NCBI GenBank assembly: GCA_008369845.1
Contig: MRSU01000311.1
Coordinates: 1 to 38,420 of the forward strand
Reading direction: 5' to 3'
Length of the DNA stretch: 38,420 nucleotides
Source of the DNA: Trichomonas gallinae
Lineage: Eukaryota
Shown here: piece after piece, positions 19,404 to 29,996 of the stretch
Numbering within the stretch: the first letter of the stretch is position 1
How the letters are laid out: every line of letters starts with the position of its first letter
Position numbers and translations under genes: made by a program
Notes under the pieces: generated by a model
What the model was told of the DNA's origin: nothing
Seen by the model: only the letters and a program-made list of their open reading frames with translations
The model's database searches: none

Positions 19404-21044
19404 TTGATTTCAATTTTCTTTTTCACTTTGTCAAAGAGTCTTTCTTTTAGCGACAAACAGCATATTTCGATTGACAAAGACAATATCAATTCGTTTTTAG
19501 TCCAAATACTCAATATTCAAGTTCCGGAAAGATATTTAATCGAAAAAGTAACGATAACACCTAGTTTTTCTCAGACAAATCGATTATTTCACGTATTACA
19601 ATCAGCTTCAAATAACAAAAACTTCGATTTCGATAAAAAAACGAAAAAATATATTTTTAATATAACATCTGATCATTTTAGTATAATTTCATTTCATTGT
19701 ATGTCAGATTGGAAAGATGAAGATTCGATTAGTGTTGACATAGACTACAAAAACACTTCAAAATCAATGGGAATCATGAAATCAGACACAAAACTCTTTA
19801 TTAACATCACTTCCATTAACTATCCGTGTATAATTTACGAATCTATAAACATTATTGTTCTTGCTCTGCTGCAAAACTTAAATAGACACAATTCATTCGA
19901 AAAAACTCAATTAATGTTGATAGTTTTTCTTATTCTTTCAACAATAGCATTCCAATACTGCGTGTATTTCAATATCGTGTTATCGTGTTATTTTCTTTTA
20001 ATATCTTTTATCAAAAAATATGATTTCAAATTTGTTTATATTTCGACTTTGGTTTTATTTGTTATCGTGCTAAATGTCAATACGAAGCAAGAAATGACAA
20101 AATCTCAACCAAAAAATGATGATTTCAAAATTTCGTTAAATCCTAAGACAGACATGGATACTTTTATCAAATATGATGAAAAAGCTCTAGAAAAAGCGAT
20201 GTCCTCCAGTGTTATTTATTTTAATTGCAGACATTGTATATTTAATCCAAAAATTAACAGAATAAAATCTAAATCAAGTGATATAATGGTCATATCGGAG
20301 ATCAGCATGAATAAAGTAGATGATACTACTTTCACAGACATCAGAACTACGGGATTTAAAGGGAAGATTTTATTATTCACAGATAATTATCGTTCTGTGC
20401 CTCTAAAAGTGAAAAAATGTGGTGTATTCGTTATACCTATTACAAAACGTGCAGGAGATGTTAAATTCTTCCAATATGCACGATTTCCAATTTTATATTC
20501 TATTTTAAGTAAATACTCTGGATCTATAAACAGGGTAATTTACTATGATAGTAGGGACACATTGTTTCAAGGTGATCCATTTAGCTTCAATGATCACTCT
20601 TTACAAGTATCAGATGAAATGTATCAATTTACCAAGAGTTTGTTCAGCAAAGCATGGCTCGAAGACCTCAGAGGAATAGATATATCATATTTCAGCAATT
20701 TCAGCATTGTTTGCTCAGGTGTTTTCGGTGGATATTCTAATGAAGTCATGAAATTCTCAAAGCTTATGACTGCTGCATTGATTGATGGATATTATCCACC
20801 TTGTTTTGACCAGATCATGTTTGATTTTCTCATTCATTCAGGAATTGCAGCGAAATCAGGAATAAAAGTTGTAAGGAATCCTGATTTTGCATCAATCAGA
20901 TTGCAAACTATGGAGAGAACAGGAGCTTGGTCACGCAAAGATATTGGAAATATACATCTTACTGAAAATGGTTTTATTCCAAACATCGTGCATCAATATG
21001 ATATAGATATGCTTGTGAAATTTATGCATGCTTGCTCAAGATGA
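19404..21044 (+). CDS. Putative membrane-anchored GT-A-like glycosyltransferase; start codon uncertain (TTG 19404 or ATG 19701)
   Basis: Signal-like N-terminus, internal TM helices, then YYDSRDTLFQGDPF, CSGVFGG, FDQIMF and IVHQYD motifs. Confidence 0.65.
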   Translation: MISIFFFTLSKSLSFSDKQHISIDKDNINSFLVQILNIQVPERYLIEKVTITPSFSQTNRLFHVLQSASNNKNFDFDKKTKKYIFNITSDHFSIISFHCMSDWKDEDSISVDIDYKNTSKSMGIMKSDTKLFINITSINYPCIIYESINIIVLALLQNLNRHNSFEKTQLMLIVFLILSTIAFQYCVYFNIVLSCYFLLISFIKKYDFKFVYISTLVLFVIVLNVNTKQEMTKSQPKNDDFKISLNPKTDMDTFIKYDEKALEKAMSSSVIYFNCRHCIFNPKINRIKSKSSDIMVISEISMNKVDDTTFTDIRTTGFKGKILLFTDNYRSVPLKVKKCGVFVIPITKRAGDVKFFQYARFPILYSILSKYSGSINRVIYYDSRDTLFQGDPFSFNDHSLQVSDEMYQFTKSLFSKAWLEDLRGIDISYFSNFSIVCSGVFGGYSNEVMKFSKLMTAALIDGYYPPCFDQIMFDFLIHSGIAAKSGIKVVRNPDFASIRLQTMERTGAWSRKDIGNIHLTENGFIPNIVHQYDIDMLVKFMHACSR

Positions 21045-21164
21045 TTGTAAGACTCCATCATTGTTTGTTGTTGGTTATATTATTGTAACAGTTTGAAGAA
21101 GAATTAAAAAGTGTTATCTAGCATCTTATGTCAATTGTTTAATCTAATCTTTTGAGATGATAAA

Positions 21165-21696
21165 TTATGAATTGATTGCACCATGATCTTCCAATATCAT
21201 TGAGATATCATAATAACCTAGTTCAGAAGTCCAAATCAAAGCTTTTTTGTTGTAATTGTCGTTTGCGTTGACATCTATTCCGGGAAATGTGAGAAAGAGT
21301 TTGACATCTTCATAATGACCTTATTTTGAAGCTCACATTAAAGTTTTAAATCCGTTATATATAGATTTCAAGTCCAGGAAGTGTGACAAGAAGTTTGATA
21401 CATTCAAGATTACCATCACGCGAAGCAGAAAACAAAGTGTTATTAACATCAAATTTTTGAATTTTGATCATAAATCTTGTAAAATCAAAATCAGTTGGAA
21501 TGTCATTATCATCGAGTTTTCCAGCAAATTCTATGATGAGTTTAACTAGTTGGAAATTATCAACTGTAAATGCGTGTTTCTTGGTGAAACCGTTTTCGTG
21601 TTTAATGTCACAGAATTTCTCTTACATTGCAAATTCCATAGCATATATATCATTTTCTGTTGCAATTCGATTGAGTAAATCATATATTTCGTAAAA
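21165..21696 (-). pseudogene. Ankyrin-repeat protein pseudogene
   Basis: NTLFSASRDGNLECIKLLVTLPGL / GFKTLM*ASK*GHYEDVKLFLTFPGIDVNANDNYNKKALIWTSELGYYDISMILEDHGA. Stops at 21624, 21335 and 21323, plus a stop and 1-nt frameshift near 21354-21357. Confidence 0.85.
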
Positions 21697-21859
21697 ATTT
21701 ACTGTTGTTTTGTGTAATTTTTTTTCAGATCTTCAATATATTTACACTTTTAATTAATGATCCAAGTAAACAAAAAATAAGATATTTAAATAGCGCACTT
21801 TATTGTGATGTTTTGTTCTGATGTGGTTTGAAATATTTTTATTATTTTTTTCGCCAACG

Positions 21860-23950
21860 ATGTTTTTGCTTTATCTGACTTTATCAGTCTCGATGAAAGT
21901 AGTAATGGATGGTGTCACGTACAATGGCGAAAACTTTTCAGCTATTATCGATGAAAATTCGATTGATGAAACAAATGTGACTGAATTAGAAGTATTAGAA
22001 GGAAGATTCGACATGGAAGAGTTTTTCCCAGAAGATTTTGAAATCCTTCGAGTATTAAAAATTGCAAAAGACTGCTTCAATGGTTCAATTCCAAAATCAA
22101 AATTCGAAAATCATCCAAATATTTCAACCATAAGCATAGCAGGAGCAATAGAAATAGGAGACAATGCGTTTTCCAATTGCACTAACCTCGCTTCCGTTTC
22201 ATTTGATAATGTCGAAATTATTAAGCAAAGCGTTTTCATGAACGACATGATGCTAACAAGTGTGTCACTGCCTAAGCTCAAAACTATTTATCCTTATGCT
22301 TTTCTTAATTGCACAAATCTTGCAGAAATTGAATTTAACGAATTACAGAACCAAATGACAACAGAAGATCAGCATATTGGAGGATACTTCATTAGTTGCG
22401 TAAATCTCAAGAAATTCACAGCTCCAAATATTGAATCTATTGAAACGCAAGCATTTCTTCAATGCACAAACCTACAAGAAGTTTCTGCTCCTAAAGTCAC
22501 TATAATCAAGTCCGAATCATTCAAACAGACAGGAAACATTATGAAAATTGATTTAAGCAATTCTAAGAGAATTGAAGACTCAGCATTTGCAGAATCACTA
22601 ATAACAGCACTAAATGCACCATTGCTTGAATATATTGGCCGCCATGCCTTTGATAGCAGTAAAATTAAATCTGCTGAATATAAAAACGTCATTGAAATCG
22701 GAATTTCGGCATTCAATGGATGCAATGATCTAGTGACAATCGATTTCCCTAATGTAGAATCCATTCATTCTTTAGCATTTGCCGACACACAAATTCAATC
22801 AATGAATTTCCCTAAATTGACAGCTCTTATAGTAGAAGATGAAGTCGGTAGTCATTTTGAAGGTTGTTCAAAGCTTTCTTCCTTCATAGCTCCGCAGTTA
22901 ATCAGTATTGGATCTAAATCTTTCTATAACTGCGCAAATCTTAAAACAATCGACTGCCAAAACATTAAAACTATTGGATCACTGGCATTTCAATCATGCA
23001 AGGCTCTCAAAAAGCTAACTTTCCCTAATGTTATGAATATTTCGTATTCTGCATTTTATTTATGCTCATTCTTAGAAGAGATTACATGCGAAAAATGCAA
23101 GGAAATTGATGAATCAGCATTCGAACAATGCGCAAATCTCGTTAAAATCTCATTCCCGCAATGCATCAAAATTAATTCCGCATCATTCAAGAGTTGCATT
23201 AAACTGAAGAACGTCACATTCCCAGCTGTCGAATACATAGCTGACCAGGCATTTCAATCGTGCAAACAACTCACAGACGCCACTTTTCCGCGTGCAGACT
23301 TTATAGGCGAAGAATGCTTCGATGATTGCAATCAACTCAGTAGAATAAAATTCCATTCAATCAAGGAAATTCCACGCCGCGCATTTAGACAGACACAGCT
23401 TGTATCTATGAACCTTCCAAATATCACAAGCATTGATTCAGAGTGTTTCGCTAACTGCTCGAGATTGCAGTCAATAAACTTGACAGGATTAACCGAGATT
23501 AAAGGTGATGGACACTTCTATGGCTGCGTTTCTTTAGCGAGCATAGATTTAAGCGCACTCACAACAGTCGATAAAAACTCTGCCAACATATTCATGAAGT
23601 GCGAAGCACTGGCTGATATTGCGCTTGGAAATCACCCACCAAAAACATTCCATTCTGATATATTCAACTCCAGCAAAATTAGGATCAGAATAAAGCTGCC
23701 AAAAGTGGACTCTTGGAAGAACTATGTACATGAGAGTGAGATCGGCAAGGACCAGGAATACATATGGAGGGGAATCCATCTCGGCCACTACAAGCACTCG
23801 ACGAATATTATCCCAATTTTAATCGGCGTCGGTGTTGGACTTCTCTTGCTCACATGGGTTGTCTCACTCATCATCAAATACAAGCTGAAGAAGAACAACC
23901 CGCAAACTGACCAATACGCAGAGATTCTCACCGACAAAGAACTTATATAG
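21860..23950 (+). CDS. BspA-like TpLRR type I surface protein
   Basis: Many IxxxAFxxCxxLxxIxFP-type repeats, a signal peptide (ATG 21860, alternative 21821), C-terminal TM (IIPILIGVGVGLLLLTWVVSLII) and a short tail containing YAEI. Confidence 0.93.
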   Translation: MFLLYLTLSVSMKVVMDGVTYNGENFSAIIDENSIDETNVTELEVLEGRFDMEEFFPEDFEILRVLKIAKDCFNGSIPKSKFENHPNISTISIAGAIEIGDNAFSNCTNLASVSFDNVEIIKQSVFMNDMMLTSVSLPKLKTIYPYAFLNCTNLAEIEFNELQNQMTTEDQHIGGYFISCVNLKKFTAPNIESIETQAFLQCTNLQEVSAPKVTIIKSESFKQTGNIMKIDLSNSKRIEDSAFAESLITALNAPLLEYIGRHAFDSSKIKSAEYKNVIEIGISAFNGCNDLVTIDFPNVESIHSLAFADTQIQSMNFPKLTALIVEDEVGSHFEGCSKLSSFIAPQLISIGSKSFYNCANLKTIDCQNIKTIGSLAFQSCKALKKLTFPNVMNISYSAFYLCSFLEEITCEKCKEIDESAFEQCANLVKISFPQCIKINSASFKSCIKLKNVTFPAVEYIADQAFQSCKQLTDATFPRADFIGEECFDDCNQLSRIKFHSIKEIPRRAFRQTQLVSMNLPNITSIDSECFANCSRLQSINLTGLTEIKGDGHFYGCVSLASIDLSALTTVDKNSANIFMKCEALADIALGNHPPKTFHSDIFNSSKIRIRIKLPKVDSWKNYVHESEIGKDQEYIWRGIHLGHYKHSTNIIPILIGVGVGLLLLTWVVSLIIKYKLKKNNPQTDQYAEILTDKELI

Positions 23951-23999
23951 TTTCATCTTTCTTCATAAAATAGTTGTCTTTTTTTTACAAATATATGAT

Positions 24000-24170
24000 T
24001 TACAATGAATATTTAACTGAAATACAAAAAACATTTATATCAGGTACTATTTGCCCAGGGTGTCCACAAACTAGTTCAGCATATATTCGACGATATCCTA
24101 GCCAATATTTTCCTGTTCCAGGATTGGCAATGACGAGACCTTCTACAGCTGGAAAGCCATTTCCTTCGAT
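24000..24170 (-). pseudogene. Start-less, protein-like gene fragment of unknown origin
   Basis: GC-richer island translating as IEGNGFPAVEGLVIANPGTGKYWLGYRRIYAELVCGHPGQIVPD..., with no ATG and bounded by stops. Confidence 0.3.
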
Positions 24171-24651
24171 CTATCATTAACAGTTAACTTTCTAATGAGT
24201 TTGTTTCATTCGTTAAGTGTTCCAGTTTGTCAAAATTGTCAATTGTGTCAAAATTCAACTCAGTTCGTCAATATTATCCTGACACTTTACAAGACGGAAT
24301 TTTCAGAATAAATTTTACATGACAGAAAATGTGATTATTGTCAGATTTCATTGAAAAAGTCTCTACTTTTTGACTGATAACTCGATTTTTGTTATTCATC
24401 AAAGCATATAACGAATAACATATTTGTAAACTAATGCCACTTTTTATGCCACGTAAAGCTAACAAAACATTTCATAAATTGTTCTAAAAGTGACTATAAT
24501 AAGTTTCGCATAGAATAAACTAATTTTCGGAATTTTTTGGACATGTATATTCCAAATATACCAAAAATTCGCGATTTTATTATGTACGTTAGCACTTTTT
24601 TTTCTAACTTTTTAAATGGTTTACATAGACTCCTCTAAAATAAAAAAATAA

Positions 24652-27600
24652 ATGACTACAGAAGTAAATCAAGCACAGCAGATTGAGCAACTTATCGACT
24701 CGAACTTCAATTCCGTTTACCCAGAAGTTCTCCCGCAATCCGCTGATATCGCTTTTCCAGAGAATCCAACATTTGATAACTCAGATATTTCAACAAGCCC
24801 GTTAGATATCAAAGATATCAACGACGCTGTCATCCAAGAAATCAACCACCTTCGCGTTATCAATTCTCTCATCACAGACGCAGAGCAGTACATTTCTTTC
24901 ATTTACTCATATCGTTCTATCTTCCGTACTACACGTGCTTCTAAAGTCGTTGCTGACAGCATCAAGATTGCTGATGCAAAGAGTGCCGATACACCAGCAG
25001 ATTTGAGAAAGAAAGCTGATGAATTCAAAACCAGCTTCAATGAAGTTTACAAGGAGCAGTTCAAGCCAACAATGGACAAGCTTTACGAATTACGTGAGTT
25101 TTGCGAGAGCTTCGCTCAGAAGATCTATGTTATTTTCTCAAATGATTCATACAAACCATCTGGCGTTATTTTTGAAAAGACAATCAAAATTCTTGCTTTA
25201 ATTTACAACATTGAATGGCTCAAGCTTCTCAAGACATCTTTCACAATCGATAGATCAGCTTATCAGCGCTGCTTCGATCCATCCGAAATCGCTAAGAACC
25301 CACAAATCCAGATCATGCCATCCTTCCTTTCCACACCAAACATTACAATCGCAAATGTCCAGGAACAAATCAACAATAATAAGAAGTTCCCAACAAAGAT
25401 GCAGAACATCTACAACTGGTTCTCAGCCTTCTTGGCATACTGCGTCGAAGTTTACAAGAAGAACATCTTAACACCAACAGAGCGCTCAAATGTTATCTGC
25501 GCCATCGTTTTCGTCCTTCATCTTACAATTCCAGACGAAAAATGCAATATTTACACCGTCAGCTGCATCGAAGATGTCTTCAAGATTCTCAACGAGAACC
25601 CTGTCGTCCAACTTTACGGCGAAAACAACTTCGTGCCAGGCTACTCCCTTCCAAAGGTCCCAGGATTCAAGGAGAGCAAGGCCTACCCAATCGTTAAGTC
25701 AGCTCCAGAACTCGAAGCCTGCGAATCTCAGCTCCTCCTCAAGAAGAACATCGAGGAATACCGCAAGCAGTACAACGACCAGCTCCGTATTGTCACAGAT
25801 ATCCTTCGTGACAAGGAGATCACAGAGGAAAAGCTCATGTCTTCCCTCCGTTTCATCTCCAACATGACATTCAATATCCAGCGTCAAGCCGCATACAAGA
25901 GCATCCACCAAGCCCCACAACCAAAGCTCGACAAGAACCAGAAGGTCTTCCACTACGATCTTTGCGTTAAGTACAACTACGATGCTGAAGATCTTGACAT
26001 CCTCGTCGAAGTCATCGGCTTCATCAAGTCAATCAGCGCTATCTTGATTACAGCCGAGCCACACATCAACAAGTTCGTCAACAAGACAATCTACCACGAT
26101 GTCCAGGAGTACATCCAGAACCAGCTCGAGCGCCCACTCGTCCGTTCGCGCAGCACAAAGTGCACAAGCGCACAGCAGCTCATGGAGCGCATCCGTGACT
26201 TATTCGGCAACTGGGGCAACGAGGATCCAAACAAGAACCTTCCAAAGTCAACAAAGCAGATCAAGCTCCACACAATCGAACAGGGCACAGTTCCTGTCAC
26301 TGCCAACCAGCTCGATATCCTTCGCATCCAGCTCAGCTCCATGATTCTCCCAGACTCTAAGTTCACATCACGTGTTAGCGCATTCAAGCTCTCTCACTTC
26401 CGTCCAAAGCACATCAACATCACAGCGAACTTCCTCGAGTCCACACGCAACTGGTACGCGATGCTCAACTACGTCCCAACAGTCCGCTCAGCTTCCAACC
26501 TTTCCTTCCTCTGGCTCCGTGAGACATATCTCGATATCGATGAAACACTTCAGTTCCCTGTCCGCTCTTCACTTCCATTCATTCTCTCCGAGCACATCCT
26601 TAAGACAACAGATGTCCCGATCAAGCCACAGCTCCACGACTCTACTTTCTTCCCATTCGAAGTCTACAACGATGCAGCTGCTACAGCCATCAACACATTC
26701 AAGTCTCAATACCTTTACCGCGAAATCGAGGCTGAAGTTTCCCTTTGCGTCGATATGATTGCCTTCGCATTCAGCGATACTTTCTACAAGTACACACGCG
26801 CTGCAGCATCCGCCATGGAGCTTCCACCAGATGTCCTCGGCCGCATCACACCACCGCCGAACAGATACAACATCATGGTTCAGCAGAACAGAATGTGCCT
26901 TCTCGGCAGTGCCGTTGACTTCAACCAAGTCACAACTCAGAAGCTCAACACAAAGATCCGCCAGGAGCTTGAGGCTTATCTCGAGATGCTCACAGACTTG
27001 AGATTAGTCCCATACGTCGCACACAGGATCAGAGTTGCCCGCACATCACACAGCCTTCTTGTTCAGAACGCACTTCTTATGGACGACTTCGACACACTTT
27101 GGCAGCAGGCACGCAACTTCGACAACCCACTTTCCATCGAATCCAAGCTCATGCTCCAGCTCGTTGGATCTCTTTCATTCCCACACTACCGCTTGAACGT
27201 CATTTCCCGCAGATTCCTCCCAGCAGCCACATCCAAGCTCCCATCTACAACGAAGAGCGCCATCACTATCCCAGTCACATCCAAAGAAAAGTGGATCGCT
27301 GAGTACGCAAAGATCCACCAGCACGAGACAGAGTACATCGGCCAGGAACACATCAAGGCCATCATCGAGCTCTGCTCCACTGGTGAACTCGCCGCCTTCA
27401 TCAACAAGATCATGGCCCGTCTTGAAGATCAGATGCTCAAGGTCTTGGATATCTACACACAAGTCGCTTCTGTCATCAGACTTCTTCCAGCCATTTCCAA
27501 GGATGATATCACCGGCTACTTCAACTTCAACAGCGATGCTTATTCTTCAATCTCACACCCGAGACTCAGATCACTCTATGATGGCCTCAGGACAATCGGC

Positions 27601-28098
27601 AACACAATCACATTCCTTTACTTCCTCGAGACAGAGTTAAAGGTCTCACCAGGCGTTTCCATCATTTCTAACGTCATGCAGATGATTTCGCAGATCATCC
27701 TTACAAAGAAGGAGCTCTTCTTCTGCGACCAGCAGCTCGACCTCGAGTCAACAATGACACACAGATCATTCCCATCTATCTGGTCCGTCCTCGAGTTCAT
27801 GGCTTGCTCACCAGAACTTACAAAGCTCGATGATAAGGACAAGGATCCAGTCATCATCCTCGATTATCTCGGTGATGGCCCAATCGTCGCTGCCCACGTT
27901 TTCATCACGCTCACAAACCAGATCCCACTCTACAAGTTCGATTCCATCTGCTACAGAGCCAGCAACCTTAACTTCACAGAGCAGATCAGATCATCTAACG
28001 ATCAGCTCTCCAAGTTCCTCTACAACGCAGCAGTCGCCGAACAGTGCAGGAAGTTCGCCGAACTCATCGCAACACCATACCAGATGAAGATCAACTAA
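24652..28098 (+). CDS. CYFIP: CYFIP/Sra1/PIR121, WAVE regulatory complex subunit
   Basis: 1148 aa with QFPVRSSLPFILSEHIL, YNDAAATAINTFKSQYLYREIEAEVSLCVD and LLGSAVDFN, matching CYFIP conserved blocks. Confidence 0.92.
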   Translation: MTTEVNQAQQIEQLIDSNFNSVYPEVLPQSADIAFPENPTFDNSDISTSPLDIKDINDAVIQEINHLRVINSLITDAEQYISFIYSYRSIFRTTRASKVVADSIKIADAKSADTPADLRKKADEFKTSFNEVYKEQFKPTMDKLYELREFCESFAQKIYVIFSNDSYKPSGVIFEKTIKILALIYNIEWLKLLKTSFTIDRSAYQRCFDPSEIAKNPQIQIMPSFLSTPNITIANVQEQINNNKKFPTKMQNIYNWFSAFLAYCVEVYKKNILTPTERSNVICAIVFVLHLTIPDEKCNIYTVSCIEDVFKILNENPVVQLYGENNFVPGYSLPKVPGFKESKAYPIVKSAPELEACESQLLLKKNIEEYRKQYNDQLRIVTDILRDKEITEEKLMSSLRFISNMTFNIQRQAAYKSIHQAPQPKLDKNQKVFHYDLCVKYNYDAEDLDILVEVIGFIKSISAILITAEPHINKFVNKTIYHDVQEYIQNQLERPLVRSRSTKCTSAQQLMERIRDLFGNWGNEDPNKNLPKSTKQIKLHTIEQGTVPVTANQLDILRIQLSSMILPDSKFTSRVSAFKLSHFRPKHINITANFLESTRNWYAMLNYVPTVRSASNLSFLWLRETYLDIDETLQFPVRSSLPFILSEHILKTTDVPIKPQLHDSTFFPFEVYNDAAATAINTFKSQYLYREIEAEVSLCVDMIAFAFSDTFYKYTRAAASAMELPPDVLGRITPPPNRYNIMVQQNRMCLLGSAVDFNQVTTQKLNTKIRQELEAYLEMLTDLRLVPYVAHRIRVARTSHSLLVQNALLMDDFDTLWQQARNFDNPLSIESKLMLQLVGSLSFPHYRLNVISRRFLPAATSKLPSTTKSAITIPVTSKEKWIAEYAKIHQHETEYIGQEHIKAIIELCSTGELAAFINKIMARLEDQMLKVLDIYTQVASVIRLLPAISKDDITGYFNFNSDAYSSISHPRLRSLYDGLRTIGNTITFLYFLETELKVSPGVSIISNVMQMISQIILTKKELFFCDQQLDLESTMTHRSFPSIWSVLEFMACSPELTKLDDKDKDPVIILDYLGDGPIVAAHVFITLTNQIPLYKFDSICYRASNLNFTEQIRSSNDQLSKFLYNAAVAEQCRKFAELIATPYQMKIN

Positions 28099-28570
28099 TA
28101 AATCAGCGTATTATTATGATTGATTTCTTGAAATTAGAATTTTTTTCTAACTATACAATTTTAAATCTCTCCATTGATTGAAGAATTTTGATATTATATC
28201 CTATATATGTGTAAAATAAGATAATATAGTTTTATAAATAGAATTTTTTATATCAAACATATTGATTTTGAAATTAATATTTTATCTGTCAACGTTTATT
28301 AATAGCATAGTTTGCAGGAAAAAATCGAAGCTCGCATCATTCTGTTGACAACTTTTGCATATATATAGTGTAAGTTGCATGATCATATATAAGTATTTTG
28401 ACATGTAAAACGTATCCTTTTTGTCATTGTAAAGTAAAATTGGCAAATGTTATTTTCTCATGTTGAAGATCATGTATTAGTATTAGGAGATATAAATTTA
28501 TTAATTTTATGAATATTTTGATTTATTTACCAGTTGTTGAACACAAATGCATAATATACAAAAACTCAAA

Positions 28571-29764
28571 TTAAATAACTTGATCAGAAGGAGGTTGAGC
28601 TGGGGCTTGATTATCATTAGGTGATTCTGACTCTGATACAACTGTTTCTATTGCGAGCTGTTCAGTATATGATTCGTCTGAATTATTGTGGCGGAATTTG
28701 GAACTTTTCTTCGTGGACCAGACTGAGATTGTGACAACATAGATGATGAAAGCAACAAGAAAACCGATAACTGTATAGATTACGAGTCGGAAAACGTCTG
28801 TTTCATCTTTTCCTTTTTGTTTATTGCCAGCCATGGCAGCAGCAGACTTTTCTGTTCTCTCAGTAGTTTGTGCTGTGTAAGTGTATGTCTTCTTAGCTTG
28901 TACTTTGCCTGTGGCATAAAAATCAATTGCAATTGCAGTTGCGTTGTCGACAATCGTGTTCGTGAAGGTGGAAACTGTATTTGTAATCGTCAAAACATCG
29001 ATCTCGCATTGTGCAACCATGATTAATCCAGTATAACCATCGAATAGTTTTGCACTACCTAAAATGTTCTTCTGGAAGACGGATGAAAGGATGGTTATAA
29101 CGGTATCACTGCCTTCGGCGAGGACAACTGACCAATCAGAGACTTCATTGGCAATGATATTCGAATGATCAAATTTAATATTCTTGCAATCCTTGATATA
29201 TATTGTTGAAGCTGGAGAGAAGTTGTTCTCATAGTTGCAGAAATTGATACGGAATGATCTTACTGCATTCTCAATATACAAATTTCCATAAGAATATTTG
29301 TACATGCCATTTGCTGAGTTGCAAGTGGACATGTTAACGTATGATATCATCGGTCTGCCTTGGACATACAGGTTTTTGGCACCTCTTTGGCATTGAACTG
29401 TTGAACAATAAGTAATCGTTGAGTTTGCGACCCAAACGAGACCAATGGCGCCCTGCATGTTATTATTAACAGTACAACGCCATACAGCATTCATCATAAG
29501 ATTGAGTTGGTAAGATCCGGTTAATGAAAATGCGCCGCCTTGTCCTGCCACGCAGCCCTGGAACATGTTATTGGTAAGATTTACAGACACTGTTGATAAT
29601 GTTCCGTATATAAAAACCGGGCTATCGGAAGATGTAGTTCCAATGTCGATGAATTGACAATTGTTGACGACAATATCTTCTGTTGCGTCTTTCTTGATGT
29701 TGGCAGTCTGCTTTCCGGTGTAGTTTAAGCTGCTAACGTGAATAGCTAAGCCAAGAAACATCAT
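28571..29764 (-). CDS. Type I membrane protein with a Pmp-like/beta-helix ectodomain
   Basis: Signal peptide, FQGCVAGQGGAF and FQKN motifs, TM (LVIYTVIGFLVAFIIYVVTISVW) and an acidic Ser-rich tail. Confidence 0.8.
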   Translation of the reverse strand: MMFLGLAIHVSSLNYTGKQTANIKKDATEDIVVNNCQFIDIGTTSSDSPVFIYGTLSTVSVNLTNNMFQGCVAGQGGAFSLTGSYQLNLMMNAVWRCTVNNNMQGAIGLVWVANSTITYCSTVQCQRGAKNLYVQGRPMISYVNMSTCNSANGMYKYSYGNLYIENAVRSFRINFCNYENNFSPASTIYIKDCKNIKFDHSNIIANEVSDWSVVLAEGSDTVITILSSVFQKNILGSAKLFDGYTGLIMVAQCEIDVLTITNTVSTFTNTIVDNATAIAIDFYATGKVQAKKTYTYTAQTTERTEKSAAAMAGNKQKGKDETDVFRLVIYTVIGFLVAFIIYVVTISVWSTKKSSKFRHNNSDESYTEQLAIETVVSESESPNDNQAPAQPPSDQVI

Positions 29765-29996
29765 TGAATTCTGATTGTTTTTTCAATGTTGAAATGTAAT
29801 TAAACAATCAGAAGAGCATTATATATATATATTTATCTCTTTTTACGATCGTGAGAAAATATGATGCAAAAGTGAGTCATTGTTTGTTTCTTTTTCTTTT
29901 TGTGAGAAGCTGGTCATTCTTAGTTTTACATTACTAAAAACAATATTCTAAGCTGAAAAACGATTCATTGTTTGATCATTTTCGGAATTTTTCAAC

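Noticed and set aside
24717..28087. Many alternative-frame and antisense ORFs inside CYFIP
   Set aside because: Ser/Thr-rich shadows produced by strong codon bias, with no independent motifs.
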